From IMG/VR virus record IMGVR_UViG_3300025825_000008: a stretch of 42,960 nt of DNA; one strand, 5' to 3'. This document shows, one piece after another, positions 1 to 8,794 of the stretch (positions are counted from its first letter, which is position 1; the number at the start of each line of letters is the position of its first letter). Under the pieces are notes generated by a model that saw only the letters and a list, made by a program, of their open reading frames with translations, had not been told where the DNA came from and ran no database searches. The translations under genes and the position numbers were made by a program. Source of the stretch: a virus.

Positions 1-124
1 CCAAGGTCTGGTAGGTTTATAACCCACTTTTGAGTATTGTATTAAATTTATTAAAATCTATCTAGTAGGTTTATAACCACTTTTGAGTATTGTATTATAA
101 CAATATTAGACTGTAACACTATAC
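1..124. repeat. Terminal direct repeat, left copy (identical to 42837..42960)
   Basis: Read base by base: 124/124 identical to the right end. Contains two internal direct repeats, GTAGGTTTATAAC(C)CACTTTTGAGTATTGTATTA, at 11..44 and 65..97 (one C indel). Confidence 0.95.
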
Positions 125-1693
125 ATCGTACCCCCTCGGCCTCTTTTGCCCAGTTTTACGTCCTAACACTGTAGTTAAACGACCTAACGCTAAATATCTA
201 ATGCTATCTGCCCCATTACTTGACTCATCATGTAAAGGTTTATTCTTCCATACTTGCCTTTTATCATCCCATTCCTTAGTGTAATTCATTAGACATTTCA
301 TGATATAGGTGCATTTTGCATCTATCCATAAGCGACTCAATAAATCACGGACAGCATTAATTCCGTCTTGAACAGACACTTTAGCTAATACTGTTATGTA
401 AGCCTGGGGTATTTCATTCTCGAAAGCCTCTTTACGAGTTAAGCCAGAGGTTAGTTCTTTAACTTCAGCATCGTGAGGCAGAATGATGTGATTGAGTTGG
501 GGATAATATTCCTTCTCCTTTAATTCATCACAATAGTATTTGATATCTTCTCCATTACCGTAAACTTCATCTATAATACGGGTACTATCGTTATAATCTT
601 GGAAGACAGTAATTACCATTGTGTCGTCCATACCAAGGTCTGCAGCAATTTGTACGTCAAGGTTCTTATCATATAAGTCATATACAATGCGTTTTTGCTT
701 GACAACTTGAGTTAGGTATTTGTGTGCATAGTAAGCACCAGCTCTATTGACCATGAAGGCTTCTTCTTCTGTGCTAGGATATTCTTGGTATATTTCGTCG
801 CCTAACTCTCTATATTGCATTATCCAGAAGTTCTTTTGCTCTAGTGATATAACTCTGTTAAGCTCCAGTTCAATCTTTTCAAAATACTTAGCTGTCTTAT
901 CATCTATTACTTGTGGCATAGACTCAACACATGTAGGGTCGTCCAACCAACTAAGGAAGACAGGATAAAAATCCTTAGGTGAAAGCGCGTTGACATTGGT
1001 CACGGCTTTTTCCCAGTCTGTCTTGAACATATTATCACCTTCAGCAGTAGACTCAATAACTACGGGGTTTCCAGCTGCAATAGTTTGGAGTGTCCCAGTC
1101 TTAGTTTCTTTAGCTTTCTTGGGATAGTTGTTGGCAATTTTACCCATTTCTGATATATGTAATCTTTGAAGTGTTGTGGACCTAAAGCTAGTTCTTACAA
1201 ATATTTTGGACCCTGTTGAGAGTGACAAGCGTTTTGTGTTATCTTCAACTACACTTAAACCAAGCAACTGTTTGGTTGATAAAGGGAATTCATCCCATAG
1301 CAATTTTACACGCTCCAATAATGTTGAGGCTTCATCTTGCCCTTGGGCCATTAGTCCTATAGAAAGGTTTTTACGAAAGCATAAGTCATCAAAAAAGTCA
1401 ATCAACCAAAATGTGGATATGCCTTGCTGACGCGATTTAAGGATTATAAGCCTTGGGTGGTGTAATTTAGCTGCGTATACGCGATGTTGTGATAAGTTCA
1501 TAACAAAGCGAACTTTGTTACCATATTTATCAATAATAGTATATAAATTGTTTAAACGCCAGAGTTTTGAAATTAAGTAGTTTTTAACTAAATCGTCGTT
1601 ATTTTTAGGTTTAGAATAAAATAAGTCAATATTATCAACAATTTTCTTACCTTTATACAATTCCAAAAACTTAGGCTTATCTATAGATAGCAT
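119..1693 (-). CDS. terL: Terminase large subunit
   Basis: 524 aa. Walker-A-like KSRQQGISTF, ATPase half followed by an RNaseH-like nuclease half (STAEGDN, LGMDDTMVITVF). ATG overlaps the upstream stop (TAATG). The last two codons and the stop lie inside the terminal repeat. Confidence 0.9.
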   Translation of the reverse strand: MLSIDKPKFLELYKGKKIVDNIDLFYSKPKNNDDLVKNYLISKLWRLNNLYTIIDKYGNKVRFVMNLSQHRVYAAKLHHPRLIILKSRQQGISTFWLIDFFDDLCFRKNLSIGLMAQGQDEASTLLERVKLLWDEFPLSTKQLLGLSVVEDNTKRLSLSTGSKIFVRTSFRSTTLQRLHISEMGKIANNYPKKAKETKTGTLQTIAAGNPVVIESTAEGDNMFKTDWEKAVTNVNALSPKDFYPVFLSWLDDPTCVESMPQVIDDKTAKYFEKIELELNRVISLEQKNFWIMQYRELGDEIYQEYPSTEEEAFMVNRAGAYYAHKYLTQVVKQKRIVYDLYDKNLDVQIAADLGMDDTMVITVFQDYNDSTRIIDEVYGNGEDIKYYCDELKEKEYYPQLNHIILPHDAEVKELTSGLTRKEAFENEIPQAYITVLAKVSVQDGINAVRDLLSRLWIDAKCTYIMKCLMNYTKEWDDKRQVWKNKPLHDESSNGADSIRYLALGRLTTVLGRKTGQKRPRGYDV

Positions 1694-2133
1694 TAATCAA
1701 GCCCTAATTCTTCTATTAAATCCAAAGTTGTAGACCCACATTCATCACCATTAGTTCCTTTTGCACTACCTACAAAACTTTTATATAACATACTACAACT
1801 AGCGGATAATAGTTGAATTGATTTTGACTGAGCTAAATCACCTGTGTATATATTAGCTCTAGCGGCGTCGATTAAATCAATCGCGGTTATTTCTAACTTA
1901 TCTTGTATTCTTTGTCTATTTACTTCTGAAGGACTTAGTATTTCTCCGTCTGCAACTCTTTGTATTGCATTTAGATTGGCTTGAAGGTGTATTAAATCAT
2001 TAGGTTCTAACTTATTAAACCATTCTTCAACTAATTTTTCTGGTAACCCACACTCTTCTGCAACTTGTATTATAGAGTCTCCACCTTTTAACTTAGCTAT
2101 AGCTGAAGCTTTTAGATTATCGTTAATAGTCAC
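1693..2133 (-). CDS. Putative terminase small subunit (HTH protein)
   Basis: 146 aa, GTG start. N-terminal helix-turn-helix-like GGDSIIQVAEECGLPEKLVEEWF. Directly upstream of and translationally coupled to TerL. Confidence 0.55.
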   Translation of the reverse strand: MTINDNLKASAIAKLKGGDSIIQVAEECGLPEKLVEEWFNKLEPNDLIHLQANLNAIQRVADGEILSPSEVNRQRIQDKLEITAIDLIDAARANIYTGDLAQSKSIQLLSASCSMLYKSFVGSAKGTNGDECGSTTLDLIEELGLD

Positions 2134-2297
2134 TATTTAACCTTTATTTTTTCATTATAATCTTTTATAGCTTTTAATATTAAATAACTAAAGCTTATAC
2201 CAGTTTTTGAGCTATGATAACTTAATTTTTCTACTTCTATTATATTTTCTTTATCGGTAGGTTTAACAGAAAAAGTAAATATTCTTTTATTTTCCAT
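2133..2297 (-). CDS. Small ribbon-helix-helix-like protein (54 aa, not in ORF track)
   Basis: MENKRIFTFSVKPTDKENIIEVEKLSYHSSKTGISFSYLILKAIKDYNEKIKVK. A beta-strand (RIFTFSV) plus two helices, the pattern of Arc/CopG-type RHH proteins. RBS AAGGA 8 nt upstream. Overlaps both neighbours, and fills an otherwise empty 153-bp gap. Confidence 0.45.
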   Translation of the reverse strand: MENKRIFTFSVKPTDKENIIEVEKLSYHSSKTGISFSYLILKAIKDYNEKIKVK

Positions 2298-2529
2298 TTT
2301 GAATCCTTTTTATAAGTTTTAATATATTTTCTCGTTCTTTTTCTGGATTTAACCCACCTAAATAACAAACCATTTCAAAATCTTTTTTTTCTTTTTTAAC
2401 CCATTTTATAGCTGCTTCTTTTGCTTGTGGAGTAGATTTAATATCTATTATAGCCTGTAATAATACTGCTTGCCATAGCGCTTTAATTTCTATAAGGTCT
2501 AAATTTGAATTTTGTTGTATCGTTTGCAT
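2287..2529 (-). CDS. Hypothetical protein (80 aa), first gene of the minus-strand terminase operon
   Basis: ATG-initiated ORF immediately downstream of the TGTACA-N17-TATAAT promoter at 2563..2591. No motif recognised. Confidence 0.55.
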   Translation of the reverse strand: MQTIQQNSNLDLIEIKALWQAVLLQAIIDIKSTPQAKEAAIKWVKKEKKDFEMVCYLGGLNPEKERENILKLIKRIQNGK

Positions 2530-2562
2530 AACATACTACTTGTATTAAATTTAATAACTTTT

Positions 2563-2591
2563 ATTATAACAGTTTTTTGTTTACATGTACA
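2563..2591 (-). promoter_or_regulatory. Sigma70-like promoter (TGTACA-N17-TATAAT) for the 2529->119 operon
   Basis: Minus-strand -10 TATAAT = 2563..2568 and -35 TGTACA = 2586..2591, with a 17-nt spacer. Its -35 abuts the -35 of the plus-strand promoter within TTTACATGTACA (palindrome TACATGTA). Confidence 0.4.
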
Positions 2592-2608
2592 TAAAAAAAT
2601 GATAAAAT
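2580..2608 (+). promoter_or_regulatory. Sigma70-like promoter (TTGTTTACA-N17-TAAAAT) for the structural arm
   Basis: -35 TTTACA at 2580..2585, 17-nt spacer, -10 TAAAAT at 2603..2608, 55 nt upstream of the first plus-strand ATG (2663). The same TTGTTTACA -35 context recurs at 33019 and 39841 on the minus strand. Confidence 0.45.
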
Positions 2609-2662
2609 TAAATATATTTTGGTTTTATTTATAAAACTATTTTAAATTTTAGAGGTAAAATA

Positions 2663-3490
2663 ATGGGTACTCCAGAGAATAAATCTGATACTCCACCTGC
2701 GGACATTTATGATGATTTGTTACCGCCTGTGGATAACTCAGGCGAAACTAAATCAGAAACAACAGATAATACATCTAATGATGTAGATCCTGTTGTTAAA
2801 TTTGAGCAATCGGTTAACGAAGCTGTTAAAAGTATTAAAAGAGGTGAAGACGGTAAATATGTTTTACCAGAAGGTCTATCTCCAGAAATTCGTTTTGCCG
2901 CCATTGCTGAGCAACGCAGACGTGATACTCAATCAGAGTATACTAAAATATCTCAAAGTAAAAAAGCACTTGAAGTAGAAAATAGCGCTTTAAAGAAAAA
3001 AGCTATTGGTAATGTTAAAGTCTCATTAACCGAAGAGCAAGAAGAAGAGTTAGACAATCTTAAATTCTCTGACCCTGAAGCTTGGCGTGTCAAGGTAAAT
3101 AAATATGAGCAAGAAGCTTTAGCAAAATATACCGAAGAGCTTAATACTGAAATAACGCAGATTTCTAGTGAAGAGCTAAAGCAAAGTGAACTGGAACGTA
3201 GAAAAGAAGTATTAAAGAAGTTCAATCAGGAAAATCCTGATTCTCAACTTAACGATACAGTGTTTGAAAACGACATTCCTCCACGTATAAGTAAAAGATT
3301 GGAGACTGGCGAAATATCATTTGAAAACTTTTTACAAGAAGCGAAGGACTATCTTACTGCAGGTAAGAGTGTTAAACGCGATAAGTTACCTAACGACCCT
3401 AATTTATCTAAAGTCGGAGGTGGTGATAAACCAGATGAGCACGGCGAAAAAGAGGATATTATATTATCCTATAATAATGAAATATTTTAA
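2663..3490 (+). CDS. Putative scaffolding protein
   Basis: 275 aa, acidic, Glu/Lys-rich coiled-coil composition. Directly upstream of the major capsid gene. RBS AGAGGT. Confidence 0.5.
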   Translation: MGTPENKSDTPPADIYDDLLPPVDNSGETKSETTDNTSNDVDPVVKFEQSVNEAVKSIKRGEDGKYVLPEGLSPEIRFAAIAEQRRRDTQSEYTKISQSKKALEVENSALKKKAIGNVKVSLTEEQEEELDNLKFSDPEAWRVKVNKYEQEALAKYTEELNTEITQISSEELKQSELERRKEVLKKFNQENPDSQLNDTVFENDIPPRISKRLETGEISFENFLQEAKDYLTAGKSVKRDKLPNDPNLSKVGGGDKPDEHGEKEDIILSYNNEIF

Positions 3491-3512
3491 ACATTAATTA
3501 TGGAGAAGTAAG

Positions 3513-4631
3513 ATGGTAGCATTACCTTTTACTAGTGAACTAAAGCGTAAAAAATGGATGCGTGAAGGTTTACTACAAGCCGCTTCAAAATCATTTTGGA
3601 CTCCTTACACTGGAAACTCGTCTAATTCTGTAGTGGTACAAGCAAATAATACTAATGCTTCTGAAGGACATACTGTTGTATTTGATTATGATGGTAACCT
3701 TTCTGGGAAAGCGATTAAAGGCAAAGAAACTGCTTTTGGTAAAGGTGAGCAGAAAAAGAAGTTTAGTAATACCCTTACTGTTGCTCGTTATCGCTTAGTT
3801 GTTGATAATGGCGATGCTTTTGATGGTGTTGATATTGGCGATTTGTCATTAACTCAACATAGCGATAGTCGTACTAAACTAGGTGACTTATTTGTACGTT
3901 GGAAAGACCAAGCATTGTTTGACGTAGCTCAAGGAATACATGATCTTTCACCTTCACATATTATTGATTTAGGTTCTACTTTTGGCTATAATGAACTTTT
4001 AACTATAGAAGAAAAGATTAAAAATGGTACAGGTTATGATACAGGGTCTACTCGTAGACCTCTAGCTCCTTATACACTTTCTGATGGAAAACCTTGTTGG
4101 TTGTTCATAATGGACCCTTCAATGGCTACATTCCTTAAGAAATCTTCTGCTTATCAAACTATTATGTATAATGCAGATGTACGTGGAAACAACAACCGCT
4201 TAATTAAAGGGGTTTTTGGTAAGGTTGGAAACTTGTACTTAGTTGAAGCAGATGCTTTCTTTGGCGACACTGATAGCGCAGCTTCTACTTTTGGTTTTGA
4301 GTTTACTGAAGTTGAGATTGCTGGCTTACGTAAGAAAGATAGCGCGGGTAAATGGACAGGTCAAACTGGTTACGATTCAACTTTAGCTCAAACTTCACGC
4401 GGTTTAATCCTTGGTGCTAATGCAATACAATTAGGTTTCGGTAAAATGCCTGATTATCGCTTCCAAGCAAGTGAAGACTTTGCTATTAAATCAGAAAGTT
4501 GCGTTGAATTTTGGACAGAAGCACAGAAAACTAGACTTCTTGCTGAAAACCAAGACTATAAGCAAGCAGTTGTATCTGGGATTGACAATGGAATTATCTG
4601 TGTGGACTTAGAAACTCAACCTGCTCCTTAA
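3513..4631 (+). CDS. Major capsid protein (N4-gp56/DUF4043-like, HK97 fold inferred)
   Basis: 372 aa. The N-terminal pattern ELKRKKWMREGLLQAASKSFW...GHTVVFDYDGNLSGKAIKGKETAFGKGEQ...LTVARYRLVVD matches, from memory, the N4-type capsid family. Follows the scaffold gene, has RBS GGAGAAG, and is followed by a 12-bp-stem hairpin. Confidence 0.75.
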   Translation: MVALPFTSELKRKKWMREGLLQAASKSFWTPYTGNSSNSVVVQANNTNASEGHTVVFDYDGNLSGKAIKGKETAFGKGEQKKKFSNTLTVARYRLVVDNGDAFDGVDIGDLSLTQHSDSRTKLGDLFVRWKDQALFDVAQGIHDLSPSHIIDLGSTFGYNELLTIEEKIKNGTGYDTGSTRRPLAPYTLSDGKPCWLFIMDPSMATFLKKSSAYQTIMYNADVRGNNNRLIKGVFGKVGNLYLVEADAFFGDTDSAASTFGFEFTEVEIAGLRKKDSAGKWTGQTGYDSTLAQTSRGLILGANAIQLGFGKMPDYRFQASEDFAIKSESCVEFWTEAQKTRLLAENQDYKQAVVSGIDNGIICVDLETQPAP

Positions 4632-4660
4632 TTATAAGGCTCTTAATTGAGCCTTATAAT
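4631..4660 (+). terminator. Stem-loop after the capsid gene (putative terminator/attenuator)
   Basis: ATTATAAGGCTC-TTAATT-GAGCCTTATAAT, a perfect 12-bp stem starting at the last base of the stop codon. Only a weak T tract follows. Confidence 0.5.
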
Positions 4661-4700
4661 TATAGTTGCATACTTATAATTATAACATAGGAGTCATAAA

Positions 4701-5183
4701 ATGACTGATTTAAGACGCATAAGGAAGAATTATGAGAAAAAAGTTATCTCTGTTTCTTCTGCTAATGTAAAACATACTGATGTTGATAGTACAGCTTCAA
4801 ATGAACTTTTTGAGCTTCCAGCAAATTGTCTAATAATTGAAGCAGGGGTACAACGTGTTGTAGCTGGTCAAGCCAATTTGACAGTTGACTTTGGTTTTGA
4901 TGGTGGCAATGAGCTTGGAGATGGTCTAGCACTAAACGGTACTGGATATATTCAGGACCCTCAAGCTGGAACTATTGATGCTTTAACATTAACTGAAGGC
5001 GCTCCAAATACTTTAGCTTCTGGTACAACAACTCTTACAAAAGCTCCACGTATTCCAACTGGAACAGGTAAAACTGTTACAGCTAAATTTAGCGCAGACC
5101 CTTCTGCAGGAGAATTTGAGTTTATTTGTGTTTATATCGAGTTCGGTAAAAATAACGGCGAATACACTGATTTTGGCGCATAA
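4701..5183 (+). CDS. Hypothetical virion protein (possible capsid decoration/cement protein)
   Basis: 160 aa, Gly/Thr/Ala-rich. RBS AGGAG. Bracketed by hairpins on both sides, which suggests separately tuned high expression next to the capsid gene. Confidence 0.5.
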   Translation: MTDLRRIRKNYEKKVISVSSANVKHTDVDSTASNELFELPANCLIIEAGVQRVVAGQANLTVDFGFDGGNELGDGLALNGTGYIQDPQAGTIDALTLTEGAPNTLASGTTTLTKAPRIPTGTGKTVTAKFSADPSAGEFEFICVYIEFGKNNGEYTDFGA

Positions 5184-5202
5184 TTAGTCATTAGTTAATC
5201 TT

Positions 5203-5241
5203 TATAGGGCCGAGTCAAGTCGGCCCTATATCTGAGTTTTT
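5203..5241 (+). terminator. Rho-independent terminator
   Basis: TATAGGGCCGA-GTCAAG-TCGGCCCTATA (11-bp GC-rich stem), followed by TTTTT at 5237..5241. Confidence 0.65.
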
Positions 5242-5250
5242 AGGTATATT

Positions 5251-6009
5251 ATGGTTACAGCTGAAGAAGTAATAAAAGATGCGAGGCATACTCTGTCAGA
5301 TTTAGCCAGAGAACGTTGGACTGATGGTAGATTACTATCTTTATTAAATGATGGTTTAGTTGATATATCTAAAAATACAATATTATATGTACGTGAAAAA
5401 TATGTAGAACTTATAAATAATCAAACTTTATATGATTTATCTAGTTTTGCGTATAAGATTTTACGCGTTGAATTTGAAGATAAACCGTTAAAGCAAACAT
5501 CCAGAAATGAGTTAGATAGAATAAATTCTACTTGGCAAGCTGAAACCAGTGAAAAAATAACGCATTATTTAGTAGATAAATTACAAGAAGGTCGCATGCT
5601 TGTTTATCCTACTCCAGTAAATGCAGTAATCGATAATATTAATTTTGGTGGTAGCTATGGTATAATTACTGGTGTAACCTATAGTGACTTGCAGCTTAAT
5701 CTAGGTGATACCCTTGGAGATTTAGGTGGAGTTAAAGAGGATGGATTTATTAAAGTATTTTATATTGAAACACCTACAACGATAACCGACATTATTTCTA
5801 CTATAAACATTAGTGTTGTAGCAAAAGAACCTTTAGCACATTACATAGCTGGTAGAGCATTAAGAGATAATCACGATGCGCAAAATAGGTCTATGGGTGT
5901 AGAAGAAATTAATTTATATGTCAAGCAATTAGAAGATTATTCTTTAGAAAAAGCTAAAAACTTTTCTCAAGTTGCTTATAGTGTACCATATAGACCATTT
6001 GGAGTTTAA
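5251..6009 (+). CDS. Virion structural protein (possible head-tail adaptor)
   Basis: 252 aa. The N-terminal ...DARHTLSDLARERWTDGRLLSLLNDGLVDI pattern is seen, from memory, in podovirus connector/adaptor-type proteins. Function is not secure. Confidence 0.45.
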   Translation: MVTAEEVIKDARHTLSDLARERWTDGRLLSLLNDGLVDISKNTILYVREKYVELINNQTLYDLSSFAYKILRVEFEDKPLKQTSRNELDRINSTWQAETSEKITHYLVDKLQEGRMLVYPTPVNAVIDNINFGGSYGIITGVTYSDLQLNLGDTLGDLGGVKEDGFIKVFYIETPTTITDIISTINISVVAKEPLAHYIAGRALRDNHDAQNRSMGVEEINLYVKQLEDYSLEKAKNFSQVAYSVPYRPFGV

Positions 6010-6010
6010 C

Positions 6011-7129
6011 ATGAGCAGTGAAAAAATAACTTTTCAAAGAAATTTAATATGCCTTGAAGATTTAAACCTAGGTTCTGGTTCTGTTACACAAGTTAGAGGT
6101 ACCACAAGTACAATATTAACTAAAATTAATGCGAGTAATTTTCCTTATGATGATGATTTTTCTATTAAAGAAAAAATTGACTCTTTAGATAATACTTTAT
6201 ATGTGGATGTTAATAACTTACCTGTTTATATAGCTACACCTAGAGATGCTTCATCTTTAAATTTAGTTGATGTTATCTGGATTAAAGAAATATCAAGCAC
6301 TGAATGGCATGTGTATTATTATGATACAATAATGTTCAAGTTTAATCCTGATACAGGGGATTTAATATTAGATTCAAGTTTATTTGATGCATCTGTTGCA
6401 GATTTAACTTCTGCTTACGAAGCAGCAGATGATGATGTTGCAACTGCTATGACTGCTTTGATTAATGCTGAAACAACTGCAAGAGCAGCTTCAGAAGCTC
6501 AAATTGCTTTAGACTATGTTGCAGCAGATTTAGCTTTAGTATCTAGTTTAGAGCTTGGTACAGCTTCTAGGTTAGATGCAGGCACTAGTGCTTTAAATGT
6601 TATTCAATTAGATAATTCAGCAAAATTACCTGCTGTTGATGGAAGCTTATTAACTAATTTACCTGTAGCAACTGCCCCCGCGGGCTCTGTAGTACAAAGA
6701 ACAGTAGATGAGAGTACAGCTGTTACTTCATATTCCAGCTTAATTCCAAGAGCAGGTTCTGCACCTGCTATAACCGAAGGAACGCAATTATTTTCACGTA
6801 GTTTTACCCCTTCTGCTACAGGTAATAAAATATTAATAAAATTTAGAGGTAGTATACATCCTTCTGCTTTAGGTGTTGCAGGAGCAGCTTTATTATTTGT
6901 TGATGGGACTTTTGTAAGAGGTGATTACGCTCGTGCGTCAATTAATGGCACAACTTATCCATTAGCACTTACAATAGAATACGAACATACCGCAGCAAGT
7001 ACTAGTCCAGTAGCTATTGAACTAAGAGTAGGACCAGCTATAACAGCAGGTAGTATACAATTTAACGATAATTCATGGGGTTCTTCCGGTAAAGGAGTAA
7101 CTATGGTTATTGAAGAGGTTAAAGTTTAA
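6011..7129 (+). CDS. Putative tail appendage/fibre-like structural protein
   Basis: Start moved from the track TTG (5972) to the ATG at 6011, which has a GGAG RBS and lies 1 nt after the upstream stop. Ala-rich helical segment (AADDDVATAMTALINAETTARAASEAQIALDYVAADLAL) followed by a beta-rich C-terminal domain. Confidence 0.45.
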   Translation: MSSEKITFQRNLICLEDLNLGSGSVTQVRGTTSTILTKINASNFPYDDDFSIKEKIDSLDNTLYVDVNNLPVYIATPRDASSLNLVDVIWIKEISSTEWHVYYYDTIMFKFNPDTGDLILDSSLFDASVADLTSAYEAADDDVATAMTALINAETTARAASEAQIALDYVAADLALVSSLELGTASRLDAGTSALNVIQLDNSAKLPAVDGSLLTNLPVATAPAGSVVQRTVDESTAVTSYSSLIPRAGSAPAITEGTQLFSRSFTPSATGNKILIKFRGSIHPSALGVAGAALLFVDGTFVRGDYARASINGTTYPLALTIEYEHTAASTSPVAIELRVGPAITAGSIQFNDNSWGSSGKGVTMVIEEVKV

Positions 7130-8646
7130 TGAAACTAGATAATTTTAGTGGTGGTTTAGCTACTAGAAAAGACGAAACTTTAGTTATGCCTAATGAAGCA
7201 CTTCTATATAAAAATATAGATAATGCTAAAGGCAATCTCACATCCATTAAAGACTATACTTTATCCGGAACAGCAATAGATAGATGGTTTTATAAATTTA
7301 GTGATACTTGGTACAGCAGTACAAACGATAGGGAATATATTGAATATAATAATAAACTTTATTGGTCGGAAAAAGAAAACTACGCTCAAAAAGTAGTAAG
7401 TGGGACAGTTAAACCATTAGGTATAACCGCTCCTACAGTTAAATTAACAACAGTAGATGGTGGGACTGGTAGTATTTCTACTTCATCTGAAACTTTACAA
7501 TATATGTATACTTTTTACGATAGTAGTGAAGGTATTGAAAGTGCACCTTCGCCTGTTTCAGATGAATTAAGTTTAAGCGCTAATAAAGAAGTCGATATTT
7601 CAGATTTTCAAACATCTTCGAATGTGTTTGTAGATAAAATACGTATATATCGTATTGGTGCAGATGCAACAGATTTTACGCTGATTGTTGAAATTGACAA
7701 TGGAGATACTACATATACAGATAATATTCAAACTATAAATGCCATAGGTACAATATTATCTACTTATGATTATACCCCGCCACCTGTAGGTTTAAGATAT
7801 TTTACTGAAGCATATGGCATAATATTTGCAGCTAAAAATAATTATCTATATTTTAGCGAGATTGGTCTACCTGATGCTTGGCCTGCGGCTAACACAATTT
7901 TAATATCGGGAATTATAACAGGCATAGCTGCAATACCAGATGGTTTAGCTATTTATATTAATAGTAAAGCTTATTTATTACTAGGTACGTCTTCAGCTAA
8001 TTTTAGGCTAGTTTTACTTAGCGCTGAACATGGTTGTATAAATCATAATACAATTAAAGTAGTAAAGAATACCTTAATTTGGGTTTCTTCAGATGGTATT
8101 TGTTCTTTATCTGGTGGTATACAAGTTGTTACGAAAGAAAAATTAGGTAGAATTAGTTTAAATACAATATCTGCTACTGTTTATAGCGAACAGTATATGT
8201 TAACTTTAACAGATGGTTCTTTATTTATTTTTGATTTAAGGTTTAATCCATTTATATTTAAAACAATAGAGTTTAATACGGTTGAAGTTTATAATTTAGG
8301 TGTATTTGACAATGTTTTATATGGTGTTATAAATGAGCAAATAGCTACGTTGTTTACGGGTAGACAGATAGATTTTTACTATGAATCGCCTGTATTAGCC
8401 GATGGCGAGCCTTCTAATATAAAATTGTACAACAATATTTATGTTAGCGCAGAAGGTGAATTTTTATTTGACATTTATATTGATGGGGTTAAAGTTTTAA
8501 ATAAAAAGCTAAATGGGGATAGAATATTTGAGTTAAAAGTACCTCAGGAATATCAAAGAGGTAGCGATATTCAATTTAAAATTCAAGGTACAGGTGTAAT
8601 TAAGGAAATTGAGTATAAAATAGCGGGAAGAGAAAATGGTAGATAG
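7129..8646 (+). CDS. Putative tail (tubular/nozzle-type) structural protein
   Basis: 505 aa. TAATG-coupled to the upstream gene. Beta-rich repetitive composition. Assignment rests on position only. Confidence 0.4.
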   Translation: MKLDNFSGGLATRKDETLVMPNEALLYKNIDNAKGNLTSIKDYTLSGTAIDRWFYKFSDTWYSSTNDREYIEYNNKLYWSEKENYAQKVVSGTVKPLGITAPTVKLTTVDGGTGSISTSSETLQYMYTFYDSSEGIESAPSPVSDELSLSANKEVDISDFQTSSNVFVDKIRIYRIGADATDFTLIVEIDNGDTTYTDNIQTINAIGTILSTYDYTPPPVGLRYFTEAYGIIFAAKNNYLYFSEIGLPDAWPAANTILISGIITGIAAIPDGLAIYINSKAYLLLGTSSANFRLVLLSAEHGCINHNTIKVVKNTLIWVSSDGICSLSGGIQVVTKEKLGRISLNTISATVYSEQYMLTLTDGSLFIFDLRFNPFIFKTIEFNTVEVYNLGVFDNVLYGVINEQIATLFTGRQIDFYYESPVLADGEPSNIKLYNNIYVSAEGEFLFDIYIDGVKVLNKKLNGDRIFELKVPQEYQRGSDIQFKIQGTGVIKEIEYKIAGRENGR

Positions 8647-8794
8647 TATAAATATTCCTCAAAATTTAACAAAAGTGGTTGAAATTGACTTTAATGTTAG
8701 AGATACATCAGAGCCTTTAAAGCGTTTTTTAACTGATTTGCTAATAAGGATAGAACAGTTAGAAGAAAGAGTAACTGAATTAGAGAGTTTATAA
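8636..8794 (+). CDS. Small coiled-coil protein (52 aa, not in ORF track)
   Basis: MVDSINIPQNLTKVVEIDFNVRDTSEPLKRFLTDLLIRIEQLEERVTELESL. Exactly fills the 8647..8793 gap. Overlaps the upstream stop by 11 nt, and its TAA overlaps the next ATG. Confidence 0.4.
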   Translation: MVDSINIPQNLTKVVEIDFNVRDTSEPLKRFLTDLLIRIEQLEERVTELESL

